A stretch of 64,000 nucleotides of DNA from positions 442,259-506,258 of the forward strand of contig CAZNUP010000001.1 of the NCBI GenBank assembly GCA_964576435.1. Reading direction: 5' to 3'. Each line of letters opens with the position of its first letter. Positions within the stretch are counted from its first letter, which is position 1. The translations under genes were made by a program, and so were the position numbers. The stretch is from an uncultured Gammaproteobacteria bacterium. Its GTDB lineage: Bacteria; Patescibacteriota; Microgenomatia; JAMCZE01. Shown here piece by piece: positions 39,955-49,499 of this stretch. Below the pieces are notes generated by a model. The model saw only the letters and a program-made list of their open reading frames with translations. It searched no databases and was not told the DNA's origin.

Positions 39955-41033
39955 AAACCCTAATTTTGATCCTGGTTCTAGCAACAGCCGCTTTATTAAT
40001 TGGAGTTAATAGGCCTTTTACTGGTCATCATGATGCGAACAATAAAATGTACAGAGTAGCTGCACTGAATTATCTAACTAAACCAATTGGGGTTCATAAG
40101 TTTGGCCAACTTATTGATGGAAACTTCTACACTCACCACCCAATACTCTTACCAATAACTCTTGCTGCGTCAATTCAACTATTTGGTGACCATTTTTGGT
40201 CAATTAGGCTCGTTCCGATAATTTTTTCTGTAGCAACGCTAGGAGTCTTCTATTTTATTCTACGGTCATTTTTTAAGCCTCAAGTTGCAATCATTGCCCT
40301 TTTATTTTGGATTATTACCCCTATGTTTCTCTATTTTGGGAAAATGGCAGATCATGAGGCTTTAACATTATTTTTTATAGTTCTAGCAGTCTACGGCTTT
40401 ATAAAAAAGAATAACCGTCTAGTGATTTTAGCCGTTGTTTTAGGGCAGTGGACTGGCTGGCCAGCTTACTATTTGGCCTTTATTCTGGCCGTTTTTATGC
40501 GCTCCTGGATTTTGCTTGTAATTTCACTAGTAAATTTTGGACTATTCGCTTCGCATATTTCAGCTCTAACGGGCTCTCCAATTGGTGGTGGATTAGTTGA
40601 TATTTTTCTATTTAGGACTGGAGCAAAAGCTTCGGTGGGAAGAATTGTCGAAAGCTATTCGATGATAGATTTTTTAAAACAAGAACTATCCTGGACCTAT
40701 CATTTTTTTACACCAATTCAGTTCTTTTTAGCAGCTGCGGCGGTTTTCCTTACCGAAAAGAAGTTGACCTTAAAAAACAAAGTCTGGTTTATTTTTCTTT
40801 TTGTTCCAATTGTGCACGTATTTCTTTTTAGAACCGGAGCACATAGACATGACTATTGGCTCTATTACTTTTTGCCATTTTTCTCCTTTGGTGTAGCAAT
40901 TACCATGAACTATCTTTTGGATAAAATGAAAAAACCAAAGATTGTATACGCCCTTTTTATAATTCTCCTAATTATTGCCTTTTTAAGGTCGATGCCCTTT
41001 TTCTGGGCTCTCCAAACAAGAATAGAACTGTAA
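39951..41033 (+). CDS. GT-C fold membrane glycosyltransferase (PMT_2/ArnT-like)
   Basis: YTHHPILLPITL...LFGDHFWSIRLVP (hPPL-like motif) and 9-10 TM segments. Confidence 0.45.
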   Translation: MKTLILILVLATAALLIGVNRPFTGHHDANNKMYRVAALNYLTKPIGVHKFGQLIDGNFYTHHPILLPITLAASIQLFGDHFWSIRLVPIIFSVATLGVFYFILRSFFKPQVAIIALLFWIITPMFLYFGKMADHEALTLFFIVLAVYGFIKKNNRLVILAVVLGQWTGWPAYYLAFILAVFMRSWILLVISLVNFGLFASHISALTGSPIGGGLVDIFLFRTGAKASVGRIVESYSMIDFLKQELSWTYHFFTPIQFFLAAAAVFLTEKKLTLKNKVWFIFLFVPIVHVFLFRTGAHRHDYWLYYFLPFFSFGVAITMNYLLDKMKKPKIVYALFIILLIIAFLRSMPFFWALQTRIEL

Positions 41034-41047
41034 GATATAATAAATAA

Positions 41048-41935
41048 ATGGTCTCAGTAATAATTCCAGTCTATAACGAAGAAGAATATCTCCCAGGCTG
41101 CTTAGAAAGCTTGTCAAAGCAAAAACAAAAAAGTTTGGAAGTAATTGTCGTGGACGATGGAAGTACCGATGGTTCAAAAAAGTTAGCAACCTATTCTCAA
41201 AACCATAAAGGCCCAGGAGCGGCAAGAAATTTAGGTGCAAAACATGCTAAGGGAGATATCTTAGTATTTGTCGATGCAGACATGGAGTTTGACCCAAATT
41301 TTATTAAAGATTTAATTGCTCCAATTCTAGAAAAAAAAGCAGTTGGCACTTTCTCTAAAAATGAGTACCTTTTAAATAAAGAAAATGTTTTAGCAAGGTG
41401 TTGGAATTTAAATCTAGGAAGAGACCCATTGAAAATGGAGCCAAAAGATTATGTCAGCACCGGTTGGAGATCAAAATTAAAAGGCTCCTATAAAAATTTA
41501 GAATCAGGAAAAAGCGAGGAAGTACGAGAAGAAGGTAAACAACACGTTTTTAGAGCAATATTAAAGAACAAGTTTGAAGAAGCTGGTGGTTTTGATTTAG
41601 GAGTTGGGTATACAGATGACTGGTCAATTTCAAGAAAGCTTGGAGAATACGCAACACTTGTGCCAGGCGCAAAGTATTATCACAGAAACCCAGAAACACT
41701 TGGAGAAGTTTGGCATCAAGCAAGATGGTTTGGAAAGAACGAATTCTTAACTGGCAATTTTATTAGAAAATTTTTCAATCTTATCCGCTACAACCCAATA
41801 ACTGGTTTTTTGATTGGAATTTACGGATCAATAAAATTTAAAGAACCCTCATTTTTCCTCTTTAAAATTGTCTATGATTCCGCTGTTTTTGTAAGCGTTT
41901 TTCTGTCATTTTTTGGAGAAAGTAAGAATAAATGA
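41048..41935 (+). CDS. GT2 family glycosyltransferase
   Basis: VSVIIPVYNEEEYL...VIVVDDGSTDGS and VDADMEF. Confidence 0.7.
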   Translation: MVSVIIPVYNEEEYLPGCLESLSKQKQKSLEVIVVDDGSTDGSKKLATYSQNHKGPGAARNLGAKHAKGDILVFVDADMEFDPNFIKDLIAPILEKKAVGTFSKNEYLLNKENVLARCWNLNLGRDPLKMEPKDYVSTGWRSKLKGSYKNLESGKSEEVREEGKQHVFRAILKNKFEEAGGFDLGVGYTDDWSISRKLGEYATLVPGAKYYHRNPETLGEVWHQARWFGKNEFLTGNFIRKFFNLIRYNPITGFLIGIYGSIKFKEPSFFLFKIVYDSAVFVSVFLSFFGESKNK

Positions 41936-43242
41936 AATACAAAGTTACTCTTATTTTGATCGTTTTACTTGGATTTTTCCTTCGTATCCAAGGCTTAAAT
42001 CAGTCTTTGTGGCTTGATGAATCAATTCAAACACTTGCTGTAAAGAATAATTCTCTTTTACATCTAATAACTACTTATTCACTAGGGGATTTCCACCCCC
42101 CTTTCTATCATGTAGTCTTGAAATTGTGGACCGACTTGTTTGGTTATTCCGAGTTTTCAGTTCGCATGCCTTCAGTAATTTTTAGCACCTTAACTGGTCT
42201 TTTTATTTTCTTAATTGGGAAAAAATTAAAAAACGAAAAAGTTGGTTTGATTGCTGCGTTTTTATGGATGATAAACCCGCTAGCCATATATTATGGCCAA
42301 GAAGCAAGGATGTATTCCCTTGCCGCATTTGGTGTAGCAGGAGCAGTTTGGTTTTTCCTTCAAAAGAATTGGTTGTGGTATTTTGTTTTTTTCCTGATTG
42401 CGCTAAGTTCAGACTATTTGCCGTTTCTCATGTTTCCCGTTTTCTTTCTTTTGTCAGAAGATAAGAAGAAGTTTGTCTTAATTAACTCTCTATTTATTAT
42501 TCCATTTTTAGCCTGGGCCCCATTTTTCTATCAGCAGTTCCAAATAGGTACAAGATTTGCTCAAGCTGCACCAGGTTGGAGTGAAGTTGTTGGGGCCGGG
42601 ACTATAAAATCACTTCCATTAACATTTGTAAAATTTACAGTCGGTAGGATAACTATTCAAGACAAAATCCTCTACGGAGTAGTTTTTGGCACATCAGTAC
42701 TCTTCTGCTTCTATTTAATTTTGAGAGCTGGGAAGCAGACCTTGCTTTGGAGCTGGCTACTAATTCCATTGATATTAGGTTTTATAATTTCATTTAAGAT
42801 TTCGATTTTCTCCTATTTCCGTTTTCTTTTTGTTCTTCCAGCATATGTATTGCTTCTAGCACTTGGAACCAAAGAAAAAGCCTGGGCAATTATTGTCATA
42901 ACTTTGATTTTCTTATCAGCAACGATCTATTTCAAAATTACTCCAGAAGCACAACGTGAGAATTGGAAAGCAGCTGTGGTCTATATTAATTCGGAACAAG
43001 GACAGGTAGTTTTACCAAGTGTTGCCCAAAATGCCCCACTAAAATACTATTCTGAGTCTCAAGTTGTTGAAGACAAAGATAATTTTGTTCCAAAAGAAAA
43101 AACTATCTATCTTATCCGTTATGTCCAAGAAATTTTTGACCCATCAGACTCCTTAAGGAAATCTTTAGAAAAAAACGGTTATCAAAAAACTGAAGAAAAG
43201 GGTTTAAATGGGGTATTAATTTGGAAATATCAGCAGAGTTAA
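41932..43242 (+). CDS. GT-C fold membrane glycosyltransferase, PMT_2/ArnT-like
   Basis: WLDESIQTL (DE motif) and GDFHPPFYHVVLKLW...FGYSEFSVRMPS (hPPL motif). Confidence 0.6.
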   Translation: MKYKVTLILIVLLGFFLRIQGLNQSLWLDESIQTLAVKNNSLLHLITTYSLGDFHPPFYHVVLKLWTDLFGYSEFSVRMPSVIFSTLTGLFIFLIGKKLKNEKVGLIAAFLWMINPLAIYYGQEARMYSLAAFGVAGAVWFFLQKNWLWYFVFFLIALSSDYLPFLMFPVFFLLSEDKKKFVLINSLFIIPFLAWAPFFYQQFQIGTRFAQAAPGWSEVVGAGTIKSLPLTFVKFTVGRITIQDKILYGVVFGTSVLFCFYLILRAGKQTLLWSWLLIPLILGFIISFKISIFSYFRFLFVLPAYVLLLALGTKEKAWAIIVITLIFLSATIYFKITPEAQRENWKAAVVYINSEQGQVVLPSVAQNAPLKYYSESQVVEDKDNFVPKEKTIYLIRYVQEIFDPSDSLRKSLEKNGYQKTEEKGLNGVLIWKYQQS

Positions 43243-43265
43243 ATTGTGCTTGCCTTCAGTAATTA

Positions 43266-46200
43266 TCACTCATTTAGATAATTTCGAGCTTTCTCAAAAA
43301 CAGCCCGGACTTCTTCAGGATTTTTCAGCTTTCCTTCTCTTGCCATTGCATTGACTGTGTCCAAAGCTCGCTGCACGCCACGACTTGTTCCAGGGGGTTG
43401 GTTCTTCATGGCTTTAAATTGAGATTCCCCGCCTTCATTGTTGTATACATATCCATAAGCTGTTGTCTGCATGCCACCATCTATTTTTTGTAACAAAGTC
43501 TGCATCTGATGGTAATGCGTTGTAGCGAAAATATCAGCCCCTGATTTTTGTAGTGCTTTCATTACAAGTGCCGCAAAAGGTGCTCCTTCACTTGATGAAA
43601 CAGCTGACCCCGGCTCGTCAAAAATCACTAGTGTTCTTTTACCTGCTTTGTGGGCTACTTGTACATTTTTTATGATTTGAGCTGTCACCATAGCTTCGTG
43701 CATAGAGGAGCTATTATTGTCCATCGACTCAGATGCTTTAAATGTTGATGCAATATATTCATAACTTGGCAAAGTCATGTGTTTCGCAAGTGCATAATCA
43801 GTACACAAGCCCAAAAATACATTAAACATAATCATTTTGGCTGAAAACGACTTTCCACTCTCATTATCTCCTGTTGCAATTGCTGGCACACCACGCACTA
43901 TTTCTATATCATTAGGTACAATTTCCTTAATTTTATCTTGTCTTAAGTATCCATACCCTCTGCCAATTACTTCATCCCCCAAGTAAACTCCCCCGGCAAT
44001 GCTTAAATCAGTGCCTTGTTTAACACGGCAACTTGGTAATTCATCTTTATTTAGCCATTCAGAAGCAAACGACAAGTTAACAAGATCTTCAATTTGTTTT
44101 GTCATCGTTCCTACAAAATTTCTATCAGGACAGTTTCTCAATTGAGATACATACTTCTTGACTATCTCGAAATCGCCGTCATAATCTATTTGCTCCAGTC
44201 CAATTCTTAAAGACTTTATTACTGTCGAAGCAATGTCTTGGCGATTCTCATATGAAAAGTCTGTTGGCGCCGAACTTTCGGTATATGCTTTTCGTAAGTG
44301 GTGAAGATATGCTTGTGTGATTGGGTGGGTAGCTAAAATAGTCTCACCGCTGATGAGGGGTTTAAAGACTTTTTGAAATCTTTCAAAATCTTCCATTCTT
44401 TTTTCCGGGGAAGCAGAGCGGGTCAGGTATTGATCCTCGAGGAGGTCTCGAATTATTTCTCCCCACATTATAAGTTCTTTCCTACCATAGGCCTCGTCTT
44501 TACCAGATAAGCCAATAAAGTCTCCACGAATTTGGGCAACATTTTCTCTGTCTCCCGAGTTTAAGGGAGCTCCTAGCCAGTCGAAAAATGGGTCCTTCAT
44601 ATTATCCTTGCGCCACGGAAACGCAGGTGTGGATAGTCCTGCAAATCCAGATTGAACTCTTCCGTATTTATCCATCAGATTTAGGTCTGTAAGTATTTCT
44701 TCGGTGGTCATGGTCCCGGCTTTACCTCCATTTATTATTGAATCTTCATCCAGAAAGCCTTGTTCCAAGGACTCTCCAGCAACCAGTCTCTTAAAAGCGT
44801 CAACAAATTCTGATGAATAGCCCTTATTTTCCAAAACTGCATGATAATTACTACTTGTTGGACTAGTCAATTCATAATTTCCAAATACAGCTGATCTAAT
44901 GTCGACCTCAGGTAGTGACCCGTTACGATTTAAGTCCAGAATTTGGCCGTAGTGTGTAGCGAGAACTGAGAAGACCTTCTTTTCGGCTAGCACATCAAGT
45001 ACTGCACGGATAATGGCTGTCGCATGGTTATCTTCTGTCCCACGAAATACTTCATCCATTAAGGCAAGGACAGGTGTTTCATTATTAAATGAGTAGATCT
45101 TATCAATGAGCGTGGCGACTCTAACAACATGGTGATGAAATCTACTGCCGTAACCAATATCATCATTCAAAGACAACATTGCATATTGAAAGTCAGGCAT
45201 CTCACCTTGTTGGTTTGCAAAAACAAATCCACCTATTTTGTGAATATAGCCGGACATTGCAAGCGATTTAAGTAATGTAGATTTTCCAGCTCCCGCAGAT
45301 CCAATTAAAACTAATGGGCGTCCAGGAACTATTTGGATATCATTTCCGACAATACTTTGTTTTTCTGTCTCCGATCTTAAGGAGTTAAATACCATGTGTT
45401 GCGGTAAATAATTTTTAAACGCGATCTTATAACTATCAGTCGGATATGACATCTCAATGCCTTTATCATTAGCTTTAGAAGCATAATATCTAAGACCTTG
45501 AACTAGGCCAAGGACATACAGAATTCTTTCCATATCGCCATCTAAGCCTGCTTGTTTGATAGTATCTGGAGTTAGTACGTCGTTGTAGGCTGCAGCTGTA
45601 ATCACAGCGCCCGCATTTGACCACAGCAATTTATCCAGGCCTATATTTTTGAGAAGAGCAATCGTGGGATTATTTGGAGACTTCGCCCGTTCAGAAAGGT
45701 CCTTAAACCATCTGGAGAACATATATGGGTCATGGGAATCGAAGACGTATTCCAGTTTTTTTGCACCAGGGTATTGTCGGTAATTTATTTCAGGACTTCC
45801 ACCGGCTTGAATAAGCTGCCTCATTAATTTTCTATCAGCAGAAATCTCGGTCCAAATTCCTAAAGTAAGGTTCGTATTTTCAAATGGAAAGTTCACCTGA
45901 TTCAGAAGAATCTCTGTCCATGGATTGGCGACATGATAGGCGGTAGGCAAATCGAGTTCCTGAAAAATTGTTGGAATTTTATAATTTCTAAATTGCAAAT
46001 CACCAAGTTCCGCTCTTTGACTTTGTGAAATTAATCCTCTTCGTTCTGACCAAGCAAGGATTGTATTAGTTAACACCTGTCTTCTATATCTGTTTAATGC
46101 CTTTTCATCTTTTATTTCTGGACTCCATACATATGGTTGGTTCATATCCAGCCCAATGCTCTTAAAGTTTGGTTTCCAAAAGTCGCGCACATATGCATTA

Positions 46201-47963
46201 ACTACGTCATCTCCTCTTGTCAATGATAAACATAATATCTGTGGAAGCCACATTTCTGCCATTTGGCAATATCTTTTCCAGAATTCATGATTTTCTTTTG
46301 GTTGATCATGTAACGTACTGCTACTTGCGCTAGACATTGCATCTATGAAAGAAAAAAGAGTTTTAATAGTAGGAAGCTGATCAACCTTATCCCCGAGAGC
46401 TGCCCGATACTTATTAATTATTCCCTCAAAAGCCAAAAAGTTGGGGAGGGTAGTCACACTGCTTATTTGGCTTTTGTAATTGTCTGTGCATTTTCGAAGA
46501 CCTTCCTTTGTCTGAGTATTACTAATATTGTCCTCTAACCATTTCGTAGTTTCATCGATTTTACCCAGTCGCCAAGCTATTAAAGCTACATTTGTGGCTA
46601 ATTCTTGATTAAAATTATAAAGTTTGTCATCCCAAAAAACTGGTTCCTGTTTAGCTAATTTTTCTAAAATAGTGCCCTGGTTAGTGTTTCCAGGACCCAG
46701 TCCTTGTGCCATAATTTTAGCTAGCTCGCTTCCAGTTACACTTCTTCCAAAAGGAACTTCTAAGACCCTAAGCAAATCGTCAAGGGTTTTAATGCCTTCT
46801 TTATTTTCATCTGCATAGGCACGAATGGCTCTTGCTTGTATTTGGTATAGGGAATTTATTGCACCAGCAATTTCAGTCATCTTGTCTTCGTAGCCTTTTC
46901 GATATTCTCCCGTTGGTACGATACCATTTAAATCGTTTAGAAGATTTAGGAAGACTCTTATATCAGTAATTTGATGGATAGATGGAACTTCTAAATCTCT
47001 TTTTGACAAGGAAACATGGTTCAATATATATTGAAAACTAAAAGTTTGAACAGTAATTTCGCCTCTATTTCCAATCACTGCGCCTATTGCGTCGTTGACC
47101 AAATTATAGGTTCTATCAAAAGCATCATATTTATCCTGACCGTAATGGTTCCTAAAATGATTAATGTCAGAAAATAGCGCTATGGGATCAGTGGGTTTAA
47201 TTCCAAGTTTTGTAAATTCCTCTTCAAATTCTTTATCACTTTCCAGAAGGTCATTTAGCAGGTGCTCGTTAAAAGAGGGACTTTCTGGATTTATGCCAGA
47301 AAATGGTCTTCCTATCATGTCATCATCTTTCATTCGTGCAACAAGTTCATTATTCCTAGCTGACCTCGCTCGTAGTTCCCTGTTAGTTATCTCTAAAGGT
47401 AAGAGTGTCATAGATATCTCTGTATATCTCTGATCTCTATCTCTTTGGCTTTCGGTTGGATTTGCTCCCCAGACGGAATAGTATGCTAAGGGTTGCCCAT
47501 CCAAATATAGTTGACGAATTCCTGCTTGCTCTAAACTATCTAAAGAGGGAGTTTTTAAATCAGCGTCAGTTAATAATTTTGAAGCGACCCCCAAGATGTC
47601 TCGGACTCTAACTAGATTCGCCACACTTTGTTCGGGCAGTTCGAGGATAGCTTCAGAGCTTAAGAATTCAGCTTGCAGCGTATCGACGTCACTTATATTT
47701 CGAGCGCCAGCATTCCAGCGAGTATTAGGTGGATCTGCTAAAAGAAATGGCCTTTCAAGTAGAGAACTCAGCTCTTCCTTAGGTGTATCCTTGTCGATCC
47801 AAGGGTATATATGGCGTATTGTTTGGGAAACACGGTTAGTTGAAATGATTGGCCTAGCAAGGGGACTTCTTAAAATTTCCACGAGATCATACCATTCTTC
47901 AGATTCTAAAAAATCTGCAAGTAAAATGCCCGGATACTCAGCGCCCTGCTCTAGACTACGCAT
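43266..47963 (-). CDS. Giant (1565 aa) protein with two tandem MutS-domain-V-type ABC ATPase modules and a roughly 870-aa N-terminal region of unknown function
   Basis: Module 1 (about nt 44936..45356) has GSAGAGKST...LALMDEVFRGTEDNHATAII...LATHY. Module 2 (about nt 43466..43961) has GDNESGKS...LVIFDEPGSAVSSSEG...FATTHY. The S-x-F-x-x-E, DE-x-GRGT and THY spacing is MutS-like rather than transporter-like. No mismatch-binding or Smr domain was recognised. Confidence 0.6.
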   Translation of the reverse strand: MRSLEQGAEYPGILLADFLESEEWYDLVEILRSPLARPIISTNRVSQTIRHIYPWIDKDTPKEELSSLLERPFLLADPPNTRWNAGARNISDVDTLQAEFLSSEAILELPEQSVANLVRVRDILGVASKLLTDADLKTPSLDSLEQAGIRQLYLDGQPLAYYSVWGANPTESQRDRDQRYTEISMTLLPLEITNRELRARSARNNELVARMKDDDMIGRPFSGINPESPSFNEHLLNDLLESDKEFEEEFTKLGIKPTDPIALFSDINHFRNHYGQDKYDAFDRTYNLVNDAIGAVIGNRGEITVQTFSFQYILNHVSLSKRDLEVPSIHQITDIRVFLNLLNDLNGIVPTGEYRKGYEDKMTEIAGAINSLYQIQARAIRAYADENKEGIKTLDDLLRVLEVPFGRSVTGSELAKIMAQGLGPGNTNQGTILEKLAKQEPVFWDDKLYNFNQELATNVALIAWRLGKIDETTKWLEDNISNTQTKEGLRKCTDNYKSQISSVTTLPNFLAFEGIINKYRAALGDKVDQLPTIKTLFSFIDAMSSASSSTLHDQPKENHEFWKRYCQMAEMWLPQILCLSLTRGDDVVNAYVRDFWKPNFKSIGLDMNQPYVWSPEIKDEKALNRYRRQVLTNTILAWSERRGLISQSQRAELGDLQFRNYKIPTIFQELDLPTAYHVANPWTEILLNQVNFPFENTNLTLGIWTEISADRKLMRQLIQAGGSPEINYRQYPGAKKLEYVFDSHDPYMFSRWFKDLSERAKSPNNPTIALLKNIGLDKLLWSNAGAVITAAAYNDVLTPDTIKQAGLDGDMERILYVLGLVQGLRYYASKANDKGIEMSYPTDSYKIAFKNYLPQHMVFNSLRSETEKQSIVGNDIQIVPGRPLVLIGSAGAGKSTLLKSLAMSGYIHKIGGFVFANQQGEMPDFQYAMLSLNDDIGYGSRFHHHVVRVATLIDKIYSFNNETPVLALMDEVFRGTEDNHATAIIRAVLDVLAEKKVFSVLATHYGQILDLNRNGSLPEVDIRSAVFGNYELTSPTSSNYHAVLENKGYSSEFVDAFKRLVAGESLEQGFLDEDSIINGGKAGTMTTEEILTDLNLMDKYGRVQSGFAGLSTPAFPWRKDNMKDPFFDWLGAPLNSGDRENVAQIRGDFIGLSGKDEAYGRKELIMWGEIIRDLLEDQYLTRSASPEKRMEDFERFQKVFKPLISGETILATHPITQAYLHHLRKAYTESSAPTDFSYENRQDIASTVIKSLRIGLEQIDYDGDFEIVKKYVSQLRNCPDRNFVGTMTKQIEDLVNLSFASEWLNKDELPSCRVKQGTDLSIAGGVYLGDEVIGRGYGYLRQDKIKEIVPNDIEIVRGVPAIATGDNESGKSFSAKMIMFNVFLGLCTDYALAKHMTLPSYEYIASTFKASESMDNNSSSMHEAMVTAQIIKNVQVAHKAGKRTLVIFDEPGSAVSSSEGAPFAALVMKALQKSGADIFATTHYHQMQTLLQKIDGGMQTTAYGYVYNNEGGESQFKAMKNQPPGTSRGVQRALDTVNAMAREGKLKNPEEVRAVFEKARNYLNE

Positions 47964-47971
47964 TTGAACCT

Positions 47972-48000
47972 ATTATAAACTATGGGTCAGTTAATTCCAA
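47972..48000 (-). promoter_or_regulatory. Candidate promoter for the giant minus-strand gene (TTGGAA-17-TATAAT on the minus strand); near-leaderless
   Basis: Reverse-complement TATAAT at 47972-47977 ends 8 nt before the ATG at 47963. The -35 TTGGAA is at 47995-48000 (reverse complement). Confidence 0.4.
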
Positions 48001-48012
48001 GAAAATTCCTTT

Positions 48013-48041
48013 TTGACTTACGGCAGAGCTTATAGTATAAT
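48013..48041 (+). promoter_or_regulatory. Consensus sigma70-type promoter TTGACT-17-TATAAT
   Basis: TTGACT at 48013-48018 and TATAAT at 48036-48041 with an exact 17-nt spacer. The ATG of the small ORF lies 6 nt downstream (leaderless). Confidence 0.6.
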
Positions 48042-48047
48042 AAGTAG

Positions 48048-48230
48048 ATGAGAAACACTGAATCGCCCCGCCCTATTCAAGGTCTATTTTTTTATTTGGG
48101 AATTTTCGCTGTCTTGGCTGGAATTGGTAGTTTTGCCAAGGGAGTTTTTGAAAAGGATGTGCAACTAACAGCTGCTGGATCAGCATCTGTTGTCGTCGGG
48201 TTGGGACTATTAAGAATGGCTCTTAAATAA
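48048..48230 (+). CDS. Small (60 aa) two-TM membrane peptide
   Basis: Hydrophobic segments LFFYLGIFAVLAGIGSF and SASVVVGLGLL. Driven by the consensus promoter. No homology recognised. Confidence 0.35.
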   Translation: MRNTESPRPIQGLFFYLGIFAVLAGIGSFAKGVFEKDVQLTAAGSASVVVGLGLLRMALK

Positions 48231-48305
48231 GTTTTTTTCAGTTCGATCTGGTGCCTTCCTTGGATGGAAGACGTTCGAACCTTTTACGCTCAAATTTGAC
48301 AATAT

Positions 48306-48596
48306 TTATTCGGAGACTACCCTTCTACCATCGGGAAGATCAAATTCTGTTTTGTCACCGTAAAATACTAATTCTGAAACATTCCCCAGCAGTCCACCTT
48401 CATAGAGGGTTTTTCCTAAGAATGAAAGTTTTATTCTTGGTCCTCTGGGAAGTGTTTTATATTCTGTGACCTCGAAGAAGTTCTCATGGCAATGTTCCAT
48501 ATGGATTTTTATGCCAGGAAATGTGAAATCTCTTCCCGGAATTGCTGAGTGGTGTTCGACCGATCCATCTCTAGGATTTTCGATGCGGAATTTCAT
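48306..48596 (-). CDS. Hypothetical protein (96 aa)
   Basis: Only sizeable ORF in this interval. It lies upstream of, and co-oriented with, the Nudix gene. No motif recognised. Confidence 0.3.
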   Translation of the reverse strand: MKFRIENPRDGSVEHHSAIPGRDFTFPGIKIHMEHCHENFFEVTEYKTLPRGPRIKLSFLGKTLYEGGLLGNVSELVFYGDKTEFDLPDGRRVVSE

Positions 48597-48661
48597 AGGT
48601 CAGGGGAGTTTATGTTTAGAAAACTTCGTTATCAAGTGAGGACGCCCTCTGTTAATAGAGC

Positions 48662-49375
48662 TTAAACTCTTTTTATGTTTTGCTTTTCTTCTCGGAAAAA
48701 GAAAGTCGTTGTTTGAAGCCCTTCAGATTTGAAAGATTTTAGGTAATCGACCACAGCTTTACCACCTTGCGTAGATCGTTTTTCATTGGTGATTCCAACG
48801 TCTAGGCTCACCCAGTAATTTTTACCAAACTTATTATCTGATTGAAGATTACCAAAAGGGTTATGTGCCAAGCAAAGAAAATATAAAATATCGCTGAATA
48901 AGTCATTCTCTAGTTGTCTGATTTTTCTTATGCATCCATTGAGTTTGAACTCTGCTGTAAGTCCGGTTTCTTCTTTAAGTTTTCTCCGGGCGGCGTCAAT
49001 AATATTTTCACCAGGAACGATTGTGCCTCCCAATATTCCCTTATCACCATAATACGGTTGTCGTTTTCTCGTCTGATTAAGAATTTGAATTTGATTACCT
49101 TGTTTCTTAAACACAAATAGTAAAACATTTAGTCTAAAGAGATCAGACGTTTTCCCTAGTGGATCAAGAGGGTGAATAGTTTCAACGTGGCTTTTGCCGG
49201 TTATGGTTAGAGAATATAATTCACTATTTTTTACAACTAGTCCCTTGTTGACCAGAAATTGCAAATGGTAATTGTAAAGGTCGTTAGAAGTTTTTGGTGG
49301 CCTAATGTCTCGATAGCGAAGTCCTTTGGAGGACAACAGTTTAGTTAGAATTTTAGTCTGAATGTCTCGTGCCAT
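48662..49375 (-). CDS. Winged-HTH plus Nudix hydrolase domain protein
   Basis: N-terminal LYNYHLQFLVNKGLVV (HTH-like). Nudix box GGTIVPGENIIDAARRKLKEETGL. Confidence 0.6.
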   Translation of the reverse strand: MARDIQTKILTKLLSSKGLRYRDIRPPKTSNDLYNYHLQFLVNKGLVVKNSELYSLTITGKSHVETIHPLDPLGKTSDLFRLNVLLFVFKKQGNQIQILNQTRKRQPYYGDKGILGGTIVPGENIIDAARRKLKEETGLTAEFKLNGCIRKIRQLENDLFSDILYFLCLAHNPFGNLQSDNKFGKNYWVSLDVGITNEKRSTQGGKAVVDYLKSFKSEGLQTTTFFFREEKQNIKRV

Positions 49376-49384
49376 TAGCCTGGA

Positions 49385-49413
49385 TTATATCTCAGGTTCG
49401 ATTCCTTTCATGA
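49385..49413 (-). promoter_or_regulatory. Candidate -10 (TATAAT on the minus strand) 9 nt upstream of the Nudix gene ATG; near-leaderless
   Basis: Reverse-complement TATAAT at 49385-49390. The -35 is weak. Confidence 0.3.
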
Positions 49414-49499
49414 GTAAGTTGGTGTCGAGGTGGATAAACCTTACCTTTTGAGGCTAAATATTTTGCAGCCCTGGATGGAAAACGTCCGAACTTTTACTC

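Noticed and set aside
48241-48298. GTTCGA...TCGAAC stem with an inner CTTCC/GGAAG hairpin, considered as a rho-independent terminator for the small + strand ORF
   Set aside because: The long T-run (GTTTTTTTC) precedes the stem rather than following it, and only a weak CTTTTAC follows. At best it is a weak terminator. The same bases are part of repeat copy A, so it is reported only as a repeat.
48251-48469. 72-aa + strand ORF overlapping repeat copy A and the minus-strand 96-aa ORF
   Set aside because: There is no promoter or start context. It overlaps a better-placed minus-strand ORF and reads through the conserved repeat, so it is more likely non-coding.
49390-49410. GGTTCGATTCC, a tRNA T-arm-like motif in the intergenic region upstream of the Nudix gene
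   Set aside because: Flanking sequence cannot form a 5-bp T-stem or an acceptor stem, and the upstream part would lie inside the Nudix CDS. The reverse complement of the motif is its own mirror (GGAATCGAACC). No cloverleaf can be drawn, so it is not a tRNA.
48258-49496. The two 35-nt direct repeats considered as att sites or terminal repeats of an integrated mobile element
   Set aside because: No integrase, transposase or recombinase is present, and there is no target-site duplication pattern or inverted terminal repeats. The bracketed segment is only 1.2 kb with ordinary genes. It is kept as a repeat finding only.
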